The position numbers were made by a program, and so were the translations under genes. Shown here in pieces: positions 18,800-28,349 of a stretch of DNA of 64,000 bases (position 1 is its first letter; every line of letters begins with the position of its first letter). The stretch covers positions 1-64,000 of IMG/VR virus record IMGVR_UViG_3300009008_000022. One strand, given 5' to 3'. The notes beneath the pieces were generated by a model. It searched no databases. It was not told the DNA's origin and saw nothing but the letters and a program-made list of their open reading frames with translations. The stretch comes from a virus.

Positions 18800-20191
18800 A
18801 TGCCGTTTTCAATTCAGCGCATGGCAGAGATTTACGACGGGATGCGCAACCGCGTGGTGGCGCGCAGCACGTTGACAGACCTAACCCCCACCAGCGACGT
18901 GGCGATAATGCTTGCGGCCGTCGCGCGAGGCATCGAGAAGGCTTACCTGGAGATGGTGCGCCTGCTGGATAGCGTGGATATGTCCAAGGCCCGCGGCCAG
19001 GATCTTGACGAGTGGGGCAAGAGAATGAATCCCACGTCAATCAGTCGCCAGAGCCCGCAGACCGCCACGTCTACCGTTGTGTTTGGGCGCACCGGCACCA
19101 CCGGCACAGTGACCATTCCCATCGGCACCACGGTGCAAGCTCCGGCGGCCGGTAAGAACGGCGAGGATCTTGTTTTCGCCTCCACCGCGGCCGGCAGCAT
19201 TGCGAACGGCAGCTCCACAAGCGCCGCGGTAGCCGTCAAGGCAGCGGCGGCCGGCGCGGAATACAATGTCTCGGCTGGCGCGATCAGCACCTTCCAAAAC
19301 AAACCGTCCGGTGTGGAGACAGTGACCAACGCCAGCGCAGTAACCAACGGCAGCGACGAGGAGAAAGACGACGCCTACCGGCGGCGAATGCTGGCCCGAA
19401 TGCTGAGCTTGCCCCGATCCACCATGACGGCAATCAAGGGCGCGCTGTTGGGCGTGACCGATGGTGCCACCGCCAAAACGATCCGCCAGGTAACGGCAAT
19501 CGAGGACAAATACAACCCTGGCAACGTCGAGATTTACATTGACGACGGCAACGGCACCGCCGAGTCAACGGCCACTGTCACCAGCCAGGGAGTGCTCACC
19601 GCGGTAGGTGGAGAGGTTGACTTTCCCCTGCCCCACAAGCCGATCAAGCCTGGCACGACGTTCAACCTGTACCGGGATTGGGGCGCCGGCCCCAGCCTCA
19701 TGGCGACGACGGAATACACGTTGCACTTGCCCAGCGGCAAGGTGCTGCTGGACTCGACGCTCTACCCAAGCGGGTTGACCGCAAGCCACGTCATCACCGC
19801 GGATTACACCTACTACACCGGCCTGGTGGCGCTGGCTCAAAAGGTGGTGGACGGTGATCCGCTTGATCGTGCCAACTATCCCGGCTATCGCGCGGCCGGC
19901 ATTAGCGCCCAGGTGAAGGTGCCTCAGATTCAATCCCAGACGGTAATGATCCTGCTTACCGTCAAGGTCGGGTTTGACCAGGCGACCGCCATAGCCGCGG
20001 TGAGCACCGCGGTGCAAGCCTACATTAACGGCCTGGGCATCGGTGACGACGTGATCCACTCCGAGATCGTGGAGCGCAGCATGGCGGTGTCGGGCGTGTA
20101 CGACGCCAAGGTTTTTCTGCCATCGGCAAACGTCGTCATTTCGAGCGAGCAGCTTGCGCGGGTGGCAGCCAGCCAGGTGACGGTGATCTAG
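18800..20191 (+). CDS. Baseplate J-like wedge protein
   Basis: A.G.DLD, GAEYNV, VTN....NG.DEE.D..YR.R, YRAAGI, YINGLGIG.DV. Confidence 0.85.
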   Translation: MPFSIQRMAEIYDGMRNRVVARSTLTDLTPTSDVAIMLAAVARGIEKAYLEMVRLLDSVDMSKARGQDLDEWGKRMNPTSISRQSPQTATSTVVFGRTGTTGTVTIPIGTTVQAPAAGKNGEDLVFASTAAGSIANGSSTSAAVAVKAAAAGAEYNVSAGAISTFQNKPSGVETVTNASAVTNGSDEEKDDAYRRRMLARMLSLPRSTMTAIKGALLGVTDGATAKTIRQVTAIEDKYNPGNVEIYIDDGNGTAESTATVTSQGVLTAVGGEVDFPLPHKPIKPGTTFNLYRDWGAGPSLMATTEYTLHLPSGKVLLDSTLYPSGLTASHVITADYTYYTGLVALAQKVVDGDPLDRANYPGYRAAGISAQVKVPQIQSQTVMILLTVKVGFDQATAIAAVSTAVQAYINGLGIGDDVIHSEIVERSMAVSGVYDAKVFLPSANVVISSEQLARVAASQVTVI

Positions 20192-20595
20192 TGACCATCA
20201 CGATCAACTCTGTAACGCCGGACGTTCTGCCCATGCACGGCGGAATGCAGCTTGAGATTCAAACGCCGCCCGCCGGCCTGGCGGCTGGCGTGGATTACGC
20301 GATCCACATCGGCCCCACCGGCACCACCGCGGACCTGGCTTGCTACTCCGGCGTTCCCGGCCAGGGCGCGGTGTGTCGCAGCTCGGACGGGGAGACAATC
20401 CTTTGCATTGCGCCCCCCATGGCCCGCGGCGCGCTTGTTCTGTCGATCCACGGCAACGGTGACAGCGGCACCTCCGCGGTGACAGCTCACGAGGAAAGCC
20501 ACCTTGATACCGTGTGGGATATGCGCCAGCACTATCCGCCCTGGTACGACACCGGGCCGCGGAGGCTGGACGTTGAGCCCAGGCAGGACGGCTAA
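20191..20595 (+). CDS. IPT/TIG-like baseplate accessory protein
   Basis: ITINSVTP..LP..GG..L.I...I.C.APP. Confidence 0.5.
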   Translation: MTITINSVTPDVLPMHGGMQLEIQTPPAGLAAGVDYAIHIGPTGTTADLACYSGVPGQGAVCRSSDGETILCIAPPMARGALVLSIHGNGDSGTSAVTAHEESHLDTVWDMRQHYPPWYDTGPRRLDVEPRQDG

Positions 20596-20598
20596 CCC

Positions 20599-22572
20599 AT
20601 GGTGGCAACACTCCGCAACCCGTTTCGGGCAGCTCTGAAGGCCGTAGGCGAGGCGCTAGGCGACCTGGCAGGAAAGCCCGTCACCCGATTAAAAGCTCCC
20701 CACGCCGTTGGAGCGACGACGCTGGACGTTGAATCGGTGTACCGGTTCAACACGGCCGGATCTCTGTGGGTTGGGGACGAGCCACGCGCGACGGCTTACA
20801 CCGGCGTGGTCGCTACGGCCAACGGGCAGCAGTTCACCGGGTGCACGCCGCTGACCAGGGCGCACCGCGAGGACACTGAGGTGGCGGACGCCAATCGGGC
20901 GTTTAGCGCCCTGGATCGGTGCTGGCGGGCTCTGCATGTTGCCTACGCGCTAGGGCGCGACCTGGATCGGGTGGGCGGCAACCAGGGGATTCATCGGCCG
21001 CGCGGCGTGGGGGATACGATCTACCGTGCCATGATCGAGGTTTTGTCTTACCTGCCCAGGGCGCCGGTGTATTCGCTAGAGGTGTTTCTGGCCGCTGTTT
21101 ACCCTGGCGGCGGCTGGACGATCTTTGAAGATCTGCAAAACAGCCCGTCCGAAGTGTTCATTACCGCCCCTGGCTACCTGGGCACCGCCGGACAGGGGCG
21201 GTCCTACATGGGGCACCGCGAAGCCGTTACCAGCTCCACCACTACCTCGATCACGCTGGCCGATGATCCCGCCCTGGTGCGGTCGGTCAAGCTGGTTCCG
21301 GTGCAGCACGCGCTGGCAATGGACGATCTGCCCAGCGCCGAAGGCTGGACGTTTGACGCGGACACCACCGGCCTTGAAGCAACCTATTTCAATATCGCCA
21401 CCGGCAAGCTCCACCATGCCCAGACGGCCGGTGACGCGCACGGCGGGCGCTACCTCGTGCAGCCTGCCCCTTCCAGCTCCCCAGGAAAGTTTCGGTTTGA
21501 GGTTTACTGGATGGTGGACACCATTTCCACGGCCAACGGCTACCCGTGGAAGTTGATCTTTGAGGACGGCGAGCGCGAAATGGGGCTTATCTGGAATGCT
21601 ACGCACGTCGCCCTGGGCCAGAGCAACGACACCGCCCTGGGCACGCCGGTAGCCTGGACTCCGGGGTCAACCATCTGGCATCACATGGTGCTAGAGCGCG
21701 AAGGAAACGAGGTGCGCGGGTGGGTTGACGGCCAGCTCATAGCGCAGTACGCGCCAGCCAGCTTTAACGCCAGCTCTAACCGCATGGCTCAGTTTGGCTA
21801 CTGGAACAACGGCGGCAATCAGAATTGGTCTGTGCTCTGGGATAACCTGACCCTGTACGTCACTGAGGACACCGAGTATTGGAACCTGAAAGGCGAGCAG
21901 GGGCAGACCAGCTCTGGCTCTGACAACTTCACCGACTCGACTGCCAACCCGTTCGTTGCCGGTGACGCAAACAAGCTCATCCGGGTGGTGGACGAAAACA
22001 CCGCCGGCTCGAAAGTCAACGGCCTGTGGAAAATCCTAGCTCACGTCAACCCCAGCACCGTGCAGCTCGGCGGGATAACGCGGATCAACGGATACACGTC
22101 GGTACTCAACCCCACGAGCTTTTACTCCAGCGACCCCGTGTTTACGCCGTTCGACGTGACCAAGATCATCACGGTGGCGACTGGCCCCAACGCTGGCCCG
22201 CATACCATCACGGCCTGGGTTAGCGAGCACGAGGTGGTTTGCGCTGGCAGCTCGTTTGTCACCGACACCGACACGTCATGGTCCTTTGACCCTGCATTCG
22301 CCACGCAAGGCGCGCTGAATTGGGAGCTGATAGCGGCCGGTGACGAGGCCGGCGGCGTGCTTACGCTGCGCGAGGGGCTGCCAGAGGCAAACTCCGCGGT
22401 GGTGGTGGATTACGCCGTGGTTAAATCAGCAGAGCTAATGAAGGATGAAAACATCGTCGCTCACACGGATCAGCGCCCACTGGCCCTGTGGGGTGTGGAT
22501 CAGTGGATACAGGATCTTGCCGCTGACATTACCGCGGCCGGCGTGATAGCGACCTGGAAGCGGCGCTACTAG
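20599..22572 (+). CDS. Baseplate wedge/tail protein with internal ConA/LamG-like domain
   Basis: A.G.DLD..G...G..R..G..D..YR and terminal AAGV (gpI-like); WHHMVLER.G....WVDG (LamG-like). Confidence 0.65.
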   Translation: MVATLRNPFRAALKAVGEALGDLAGKPVTRLKAPHAVGATTLDVESVYRFNTAGSLWVGDEPRATAYTGVVATANGQQFTGCTPLTRAHREDTEVADANRAFSALDRCWRALHVAYALGRDLDRVGGNQGIHRPRGVGDTIYRAMIEVLSYLPRAPVYSLEVFLAAVYPGGGWTIFEDLQNSPSEVFITAPGYLGTAGQGRSYMGHREAVTSSTTTSITLADDPALVRSVKLVPVQHALAMDDLPSAEGWTFDADTTGLEATYFNIATGKLHHAQTAGDAHGGRYLVQPAPSSSPGKFRFEVYWMVDTISTANGYPWKLIFEDGEREMGLIWNATHVALGQSNDTALGTPVAWTPGSTIWHHMVLEREGNEVRGWVDGQLIAQYAPASFNASSNRMAQFGYWNNGGNQNWSVLWDNLTLYVTEDTEYWNLKGEQGQTSSGSDNFTDSTANPFVAGDANKLIRVVDENTAGSKVNGLWKILAHVNPSTVQLGGITRINGYTSVLNPTSFYSSDPVFTPFDVTKIITVATGPNAGPHTITAWVSEHEVVCAGSSFVTDTDTSWSFDPAFATQGALNWELIAAGDEAGGVLTLREGLPEANSAVVVDYAVVKSAELMKDENIVAHTDQRPLALWGVDQWIQDLAADITAAGVIATWKRRY

Positions 22573-22581
22573 GAGCAGGCA

Positions 22582-24270
22582 ATGAAGCTGGTTAAATGGA
22601 CCCCGAACGAGCGCGTTGATCTGCCGGATCAAGAGGCCGGCATGGGCGGCCTGGCGCTGAAAGATCTGTTGCGCGTTAGCCGGCTGCGCATTCTGCCGGT
22701 GGGCCGCAACGGCGGCCAGGCCGGCACCGAAGCGCGGATCTTTGATGGATTCGATCTTTACGGCGCCGCGGGCGCGCTGGTTTACCTTCGCCGCGGCTCA
22801 GGGATCTTCCCGATCACGGTGGAGGGCGCGGTGCAGCTCGGCCTGGTCATGGGCGAGGTGGGCGACAGCTTCAAGACGATTGACTGCTCCGGCTTCAGCG
22901 ACGGTGATCATGCCGTGTATGTCCGCGGTCGGTTTGTGGCGAGCACGCGCGAAAATCGCGTGCTGGTAGACGCCAGCGGTAACGAGTATGTGAGCCACGT
23001 TGACACGCGGTCTGAACTGACATGGGAGTACGTTGCGCAGGAGTGGGCCGCAGCTTCGCCTGGCGCGGAGTACGTCAAGGTTGGAAAGATCACAACCACG
23101 TCGGGCGCCGTGACAGCGACAGAGGATTATCGGCACTTCTTTTTCGAGGGCGACGGGGCAGCCGGAGCTGGACAGTGGGCCGCGGAATGGGGCGGCGGCG
23201 CCAATGACCGCAACGCAGACCGCGCCGCCTACGGGATCAAGGACTTGCACAAGTTCGTGCAGTTCACCCGCACGCAGTTTCAAAGCATCCTGGGCTCCGG
23301 CAAGAAGTATTGGGAGATCCCCGACCCCGATCTGACCGACTTAGCCGCAGAGCACAATACCAACGGCACGCACGGCAACGTCAACGCCGATCAGGTGGAC
23401 ATCGGCACGCCTGGCACGCATGAGTACCGGATCATGGCCGGCAGCGACGGCAGCGAGCGGTGGACGTTCTTTCGCTGCCTGGACGCTGCCAACCAGGGCG
23501 ACATGGTGCTCACGCATGACAAGAGCGAAGTTTATGCTCGCGTAAGCATTCACCCCAAAGGGAACGGCAGCTCGCTTTCCAATGGCGATAACGGCGAGTT
23601 TTACGTCGGAGAGGACGGAGTAGGCGGCCCGCGCTACGGCTTCCGCGCTACGAAGGTGGGCGCCACGCAGACAGCTTACGCCCTGGGCAACCTGGCCGGA
23701 TCTCCGGCCGTGCTGATTAACGAGGGTACCGGCTACGGCGCGTCAGCTCGCGGGATGGTGCTGCAAGAGGGCAGTTACCATCTGCCCGCGAAAACCAAGA
23801 TGATCAGCTCGCCCACCATTGACTACTTGCCCAGCACAACCAACTGGACAAAGGGACTCAGGACACCGGGCGTACCGTCGATTTACATGGGCAGCCATGG
23901 CAACGGCACCGAAGTAGCCTATCTCCAGTCAAAGGAATTTCCATCGGATTGCACGTTGAACTATGTGCTGGTCAACCTGGCAATCAGTGGCGCGACCCCC
24001 ACCACGCCGCTGACCGTCGCGGTTTACCGCTGTCGCAAGGGCGCCGGTGCGACAATCTCCCGCACGCTGCTACAGTCAGCTACCTACGCCCTGTCAACCA
24101 CCGCAGGGGATACTCTCATGATCCTGACCACGGGGAGCAGTATGCTTGCCGAGACAGACTGGATCGTGCTGGAGATAACTCCGGCCGATGCGGCATCAAG
24201 TGTCACCACGCACGTTGACACCGTGATCGATCTGAATTGCACCTTTAACGAGGCAAGCAAGTACGCATAA
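22582..24270 (+). CDS. Tail fibre/receptor-binding protein
   Basis: Last gene of the tail module; W.PNERVDLPD start, EHN.NGTH motif, beta-rich C-terminus. Confidence 0.6.
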   Translation: MKLVKWTPNERVDLPDQEAGMGGLALKDLLRVSRLRILPVGRNGGQAGTEARIFDGFDLYGAAGALVYLRRGSGIFPITVEGAVQLGLVMGEVGDSFKTIDCSGFSDGDHAVYVRGRFVASTRENRVLVDASGNEYVSHVDTRSELTWEYVAQEWAAASPGAEYVKVGKITTTSGAVTATEDYRHFFFEGDGAAGAGQWAAEWGGGANDRNADRAAYGIKDLHKFVQFTRTQFQSILGSGKKYWEIPDPDLTDLAAEHNTNGTHGNVNADQVDIGTPGTHEYRIMAGSDGSERWTFFRCLDAANQGDMVLTHDKSEVYARVSIHPKGNGSSLSNGDNGEFYVGEDGVGGPRYGFRATKVGATQTAYALGNLAGSPAVLINEGTGYGASARGMVLQEGSYHLPAKTKMISSPTIDYLPSTTNWTKGLRTPGVPSIYMGSHGNGTEVAYLQSKEFPSDCTLNYVLVNLAISGATPTTPLTVAVYRCRKGAGATISRTLLQSATYALSTTAGDTLMILTTGSSMLAETDWIVLEITPADAASSVTTHVDTVIDLNCTFNEASKYA

Positions 24271-24289
24271 CCAACCGAAAGAGGGCGCC

Positions 24290-24565
24290 ATGAGTGAAGA
24301 AAACCCAACCAACAAACCCCCACCGCCAGAGCTGCGCCAGGTGACACCTGGGATGCAGGAGCTTGCCCAGGTCGAGGGCGTGCGGATCATGATGGACAGG
24401 TGCGCTCACAGTTTCGCGCTGGGCATTAACTCGCCGGTTGGTCTGGTGACGCAGGAGTTAGCCGGAGAGGCGCTGTGCCGGCTAGGGGTGGAACTGATAC
24501 GACAGAGCGGATACGTCCACGACTTTACGCGCCGCGTTGATCCGCCGCCTCCATCAGAAGGATAA
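24290..24565 (+). CDS. Hypothetical protein
   Basis: RBS GAGGGCGCC-ATG. Confidence 0.55.
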   Translation: MSEENPTNKPPPPELRQVTPGMQELAQVEGVRIMMDRCAHSFALGINSPVGLVTQELAGEALCRLGVELIRQSGYVHDFTRRVDPPPPSEG

Positions 24566-24710
24566 CCGCCATGTTGGCTCGGCTCCGGTGCTCTTGATCG
24601 GCCAGAGCTTGAATCCGTACTGACAGATCCACCGGAACAGTGATCGTCAACCGCGTGGTTTGCGGTGCGGGTGGTGGTGCGGTTTTTTTGGGCTTTCTCG
24701 CTGGTTTCAT
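24525..24710 (-). CDS. Ribbon-helix-helix (Arc/CopG-like) regulator
   Basis: TRLTITVPVDLSVRIQALADQEHRSRANMAVILL. Confidence 0.75.
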   Translation of the reverse strand: MKPARKPKKTAPPPAPQTTRLTITVPVDLSVRIQALADQEHRSRANMAVILLMEAADQRGA

Positions 24711-24754
24711 AGCGTCGTCCTTTTTCAACAGCTTGCCGTTGCAGCGGGGCGGTG

Positions 24755-25474
24755 TCAAGTGCTGCTATCGTCGGCAAACAGCGCGCCCTGGTCACGGTGG
24801 CGCTTGACCACCACGATCCTGGCGGTGGGGCCGATCTTGTCGGCCAGCCGATGCGCCTTGTCCGGTATGTTGGCCGCGTCCGCGATTACCAGATCCACGC
24901 CGGTCGGCATGAAGGCTTCAAATATCCCGCGGGTGTAAAGCGCCTGGCCGTCTACCAGGCCGCGGTAAATCTCCCGGTGCGCCAGGTAGACCATGGTTTT
25001 TCCCACCTCAAACCCGTTGGGGATCGCGGGCAGTTTGCGCGACACGCCCATTTCGGCCGCTTCGGCTGAGAACTTCTCCGGCGTGGGGTAGTGCGAGCTG
25101 CCGATCCAGATCAGACCGTGCTTGCCCAGGGGCGGGTTGCCCACCGGACAGGTACAGCATTCCGGCCGGTGTGCCTCGGGCGCCTCGGTGTCAATGCCGG
25201 CCTGGGCGGCGGTTGCCTCGACGCAGCGCGTGGGCGCTCCCTGGAACAGCTTGAACGGCTCAATCCACGTCCAGCTCCGGGTGGGCTTAATGCCCTGGGA
25301 GCAGCACGGGCACACGTCCAGATCCCAGGGCAGGGCGCCGCAGTCCTCCCCGTGCGACGGGCCTACCAAGTAGATCCCAACGCCGCTTTTGTCGGGCTTG
25401 CGGTAGCCGCAGCCACGGGCCTTTTCAATGCTCGTGACAACCTGGCGAACCACCTCTTGATCGAGTGTTTCCAT
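24755..25474 (-). CDS. Cys-rich hypothetical protein
   Basis: RGCGYRK, CPCC, LIWIG..HY.TP..F..EA..MGVSR; GGAGG RBS. Confidence 0.65.
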   Translation of the reverse strand: METLDQEVVRQVVTSIEKARGCGYRKPDKSGVGIYLVGPSHGEDCGALPWDLDVCPCCSQGIKPTRSWTWIEPFKLFQGAPTRCVEATAAQAGIDTEAPEAHRPECCTCPVGNPPLGKHGLIWIGSSHYPTPEKFSAEAAEMGVSRKLPAIPNGFEVGKTMVYLAHREIYRGLVDGQALYTRGIFEAFMPTGVDLVIADAANIPDKAHRLADKIGPTARIVVVKRHRDQGALFADDSST

Positions 25475-25485
25475 TCTCATCCTCC

Positions 25486-25701
25486 CTAAAATGTGGGCTT
25501 TGGGTTGCACTTGCCAGGCGGCAGCGGTACGGGCTTTCTCGCTCGCTCCCACCGCTTTGGAACGAATCCCCCTTGGCACAGCCAGCGGTCCAGGTGCTCT
25601 ACCTTTTCGGCTAACTGCTCGGCGTCCGCGTCCGCGTCCGGCTCTGACAGGATCAGGTTTGCAAGCTCCAGCATTTCTTCCAGCGCGCGATCCGGGTCCA
25701 T
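25486..25701 (-). CDS. Small hypothetical protein
   Basis: MDPDRAL...LAE....LD.WL..GGF.P..W pattern common in phages. Confidence 0.6.
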   Translation of the reverse strand: MDPDRALEEMLELANLILSEPDADADAEQLAEKVEHLDRWLCQGGFVPKRWERARKPVPLPPGKCNPKPTF

Positions 25702-25916
25702 TAGCGGCACCACTGAGCTGGCGGCGGGTCCGGCCACACCACGCTGTGCTGCATGAACATCACGAAGGCGAGCCTGCCCAGGCAAAAATCCTTGCCCTGG
25801 AAACAGTTGGCCGGTCCCCAATGACCCTGCCCAGGGCGAAGCCAGAGAACAGAGATCGGGCCAATGTCGAACAGGTGGCGCCAGAGGCGGAAGCTGCGAA
25901 AGATTGGTTTCAGCAT
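25701..25916 (-). CDS. Small hypothetical protein
   Basis: MLKPIFRSF... preceded by GAGGAG. Confidence 0.4.
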   Translation of the reverse strand: MLKPIFRSFRLWRHLFDIGPISVLWLRPGQGHWGPANCFQGKDFCLGRLAFVMFMQHSVVWPDPPPAQWCR

Positions 25917-26680
25917 CGTGTCTCCTCGATTAATTCGGCCAGGCGGCCGGTTGGGCTGCTTCCAAGCCAGGCGGCCAGAATCCGCCGGCCGGACTGGTAG
26001 ATCTCCCACTTGGTTCCGGCGCTCATGTCCGGCCTGGCGCCGCTGATCTCCTCGATAGCGGCGGCGTACAGATCGTGAAAAGCTGGACCGTGAATCTGAT
26101 CCTTGGGCACTTTGCCGCCGTTGGCTCTGAAGTGCGCCGAGTGCGCCAGCTCATGCACGGCCAGGTTGAGGTTTTCGACCGCGCCGTCGTCGGCTGCTGT
26201 GATGCGCAGGGCAACCTCCCACCTTCCGCCGAATCCGGTGCCATGGTGCCCGTCCGGGTCACGCCAGCTTCGCCGTGTATAGCTCATCCGAAAGGCGGGC
26301 GGGTCAAACCGTCGCCGGCCGTTGTGGTGTCGGCGCCAGAAGGCGCCCTCCCAGGCGGCCAGGTGGCACAGGTGACGCGCTACAGCTTCCCACATGACAA
26401 GGGGACGCTTGCGTGCCGCGGCGGCCTCTTGCGCGGCCTGGCGCTGCTTGGCTGCGCTCTTGCGCTTGCCTTTCTGCTGAGCTGCGCGCCGCTCTGCCTT
26501 GGCTGCGCGCTGGCGCTCCAGGGCGGGGCAAGTGCGCTCTACCAGTTTTCCGGTTGCCTCGGAGCACGGCAGGCAGTACCGCCGCACGTCCAGCTTGCGC
26601 GGCCGGCTTGGAGCCAGAACGCCCGCGTTACACCGGGGGCATTTCCACCGCTTCAAGGGCTGCTTTTTTGCCTGTTTCAT
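25910..26680 (-). CDS. Zn-ribbon + SprT-like metalloprotease
   Basis: CPRC/CLPC, HELAH (HExxH) and HGPAF; start follows a consensus promoter. Confidence 0.72.
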   Translation of the reverse strand: MKQAKKQPLKRWKCPRCNAGVLAPSRPRKLDVRRYCLPCSEATGKLVERTCPALERQRAAKAERRAAQQKGKRKSAAKQRQAAQEAAAARKRPLVMWEAVARHLCHLAAWEGAFWRRHHNGRRRFDPPAFRMSYTRRSWRDPDGHHGTGFGGRWEVALRITAADDGAVENLNLAVHELAHSAHFRANGGKVPKDQIHGPAFHDLYAAAIEEISGARPDMSAGTKWEIYQSGRRILAAWLGSSPTGRLAELIEETRC

Positions 26681-26708
26681 CTGTAATTCCCCTTGGTTGT
26701 TATAACCC

Positions 26709-26737
26709 ATTATATCACAGATGTTTGCAGCAGTCAA
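26709..26737 (-). promoter_or_regulatory. Consensus sigma70 promoter (extended -10)
   Basis: TTGACT-17-TATAAT with a TG extension on the minus strand. Confidence 0.85.
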
Positions 26738-26757
26738 ATGCACGGTGCAGCGCCTTG

Positions 26758-27048
26758 CTACGCCCACCACGGATCGGCCGCCCAGGCTTGCCAGGCGGCC
26801 AGGCTTGCGTCGTCCATATATTTCAGGCGGTCCAGGTTCCAGCCGTGATAGGCATTCCAAACGTACAAGATGAAACGGGCCACCGCTTCGCTGCCGTGTG
26901 TTGGCTCCGGCCCGTCGAGCCACTTGAGCAGTAGCTCCACGTTCCACGGGTCCGCCCAGGGCTTGTCTCGCGCGCAGGGGAACGTCTTACACAGCTCAGT
27001 CATGCGCAGCTCTAGCGGAAAGATTGCTTTCAGTTCTGCCGGTGTCAT
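26758..27048 (-). CDS. Hypothetical protein
   Basis: GGGAGGCACC-ATG; Trp-rich 96 aa. Confidence 0.65.
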   Translation of the reverse strand: MTPAELKAIFPLELRMTELCKTFPCARDKPWADPWNVELLLKWLDGPEPTHGSEAVARFILYVWNAYHGWNLDRLKYMDDASLAAWQAWAADPWWA

Positions 27049-27057
27049 GGTGCCTCC

Positions 27058-27366
27058 CTATCCGGTGAAGTAGATCGAAGCGCAGGCCAGGGCTTCGGCG
27101 TGGCCGCCCTTCATTGCGGTGTCGCGACCATCCCACCCGTCGCGGTATTTCCAGGCGCCGTCTGGGTAGCGCAACATGGAGGGGCCGAAACCCTCGAAGT
27201 TGCAGCTCACGAACCAGATCTCTTGCCCGTCCTCGGTTTCCATGCGCGTGTAAACCGCCTCGTTAGCAAAGCTCGGATCTTCTGACCAATGCTCCGCGGC
27301 GTTCTTGAGCAGCGCCAGATGCACCTCCCGCACGTCCGCGGGCATGTTTTCAGTTGGGGCGCTCAT
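27058..27366 (-). CDS. Hypothetical protein
   Basis: Overlapping start/stop chain. Confidence 0.6.
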   Translation of the reverse strand: MSAPTENMPADVREVHLALLKNAAEHWSEDPSFANEAVYTRMETEDGQEIWFVSCNFEGFGPSMLRYPDGAWKYRDGWDGRDTAMKGGHAEALACASIYFTG

Positions 27367-27671
27367 TCGTTGTCTCCAGTGGTGCCTTCCGGCACGATGA
27401 TCAGTTCATCCAGCGCCCCGCACGTACACCGGCCAGCCACCTCGTTAATTCTCAGATTGCGCTTCAGGTATCGGCGGTCACTGTCAGCCCACCGCTTCTT
27501 CAGCGCCTCCCGCTCTGCTACCGCATAGTGCGCCTGTCGGATGAAGTACCAGACCGCCTCGCGAATGGTCTTGAACGGGATCAGCGCCTCTGGAGACATG
27601 ACGGCCAGGACTATTTCCTCTAGTTCGGCCAGCGCCGCCTCAGCCTCAACCTGGACGGATTCAACGCTCAT
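27363..27671 (-). CDS. Hypothetical protein
   Basis: Overlapping start/stop chain; AAGGAG RBS. Confidence 0.55.
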   Translation of the reverse strand: MSVESVQVEAEAALAELEEIVLAVMSPEALIPFKTIREAVWYFIRQAHYAVAEREALKKRWADSDRRYLKRNLRINEVAGRCTCGALDELIIVPEGTTGDNE

Positions 27672-27993
27672 CGCCTGTGTCTCCTTGGGTGCTATTCAGC
27701 AACAGGATCCAACCAAACTGCTCGCACGCCACGCAGCAGACCACCCCAACGGGACGGCCGCCCATCCGATAGTCGAGCGTTAGCAGCTCGCCGCATTGCT
27801 CAGCTCGGCACACCGGGCACGGGTCCGCCCAGGGCGAACGGCCGGTGACGCTAACCTTGGCGCCGCCCAGCTCCGGCGGCAGAGTGACCCAATCCGGCCG
27901 ATCTGCAATGACCATGGAGGGCGCTCCGATCTCCTCGGTGGCATCCATCACGATCTGGTTTGGCAGTCTCCCGCCCGTGTAAGTTTTTTTCAT
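27661..27993 (-). CDS. Hypothetical Cys-rich (Zn-ribbon) protein
   Basis: CPVC...CVAC. Confidence 0.55.
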   Translation of the reverse strand: MKKTYTGGRLPNQIVMDATEEIGAPSMVIADRPDWVTLPPELGGAKVSVTGRSPWADPCPVCRAEQCGELLTLDYRMGGRPVGVVCCVACEQFGWILLLNSTQGDTGDER

Positions 27994-28349
27994 GCTGACA
28001 ACTCCTCTTTTTGGGCTTTCACCATGCGGTCAATTTCCTCGTCCAGCCCCGCGCGCACCACGCGGCTGGCGTGATAGGTTTTGCGCAGGTAGATGCTCAC
28101 CGCGAGCTGCACCGACAGCTTGTCCTCCGGCCGCCAGGGCACCATGATCACCCAATGCAGGTTGCGGGCGCGGTAGACGATCCGTGGCCGGCTGGTTTCG
28201 GACAGGCCCGTCACCAGCAGTCCGTCACCCTCAGCCAGCTCCATGCTGGTTTCGGCGCTCCAATCCTCCACAAGATCGGCCAGCCGATCCTGATTGCCGG
28301 TGACGCAGCGCAAATCAGCGGTGATCCAGTCCACCAGGCGGGGCTTCAT
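27990..28349 (-). CDS. Hypothetical protein
   Basis: AAGGAG RBS; ATGA overlap with the helicase stop. Confidence 0.6.
   Translation of the reverse strand: MKPRLVDWITADLRCVTGNQDRLADLVEDWSAETSMELAEGDGLLVTGLSETSRPRIVYRARNLHWVIMVPWRPEDKLSVQLAVSIYLRKTYHASRVVRAGLDEEIDRMVKAQKEELSA

Noticed and set aside
20599-24270. Diversity-generating retroelement targeting the fibres
   Set aside because: No reverse transcriptase and no TR/VR pair differing at adenines seen in the window.
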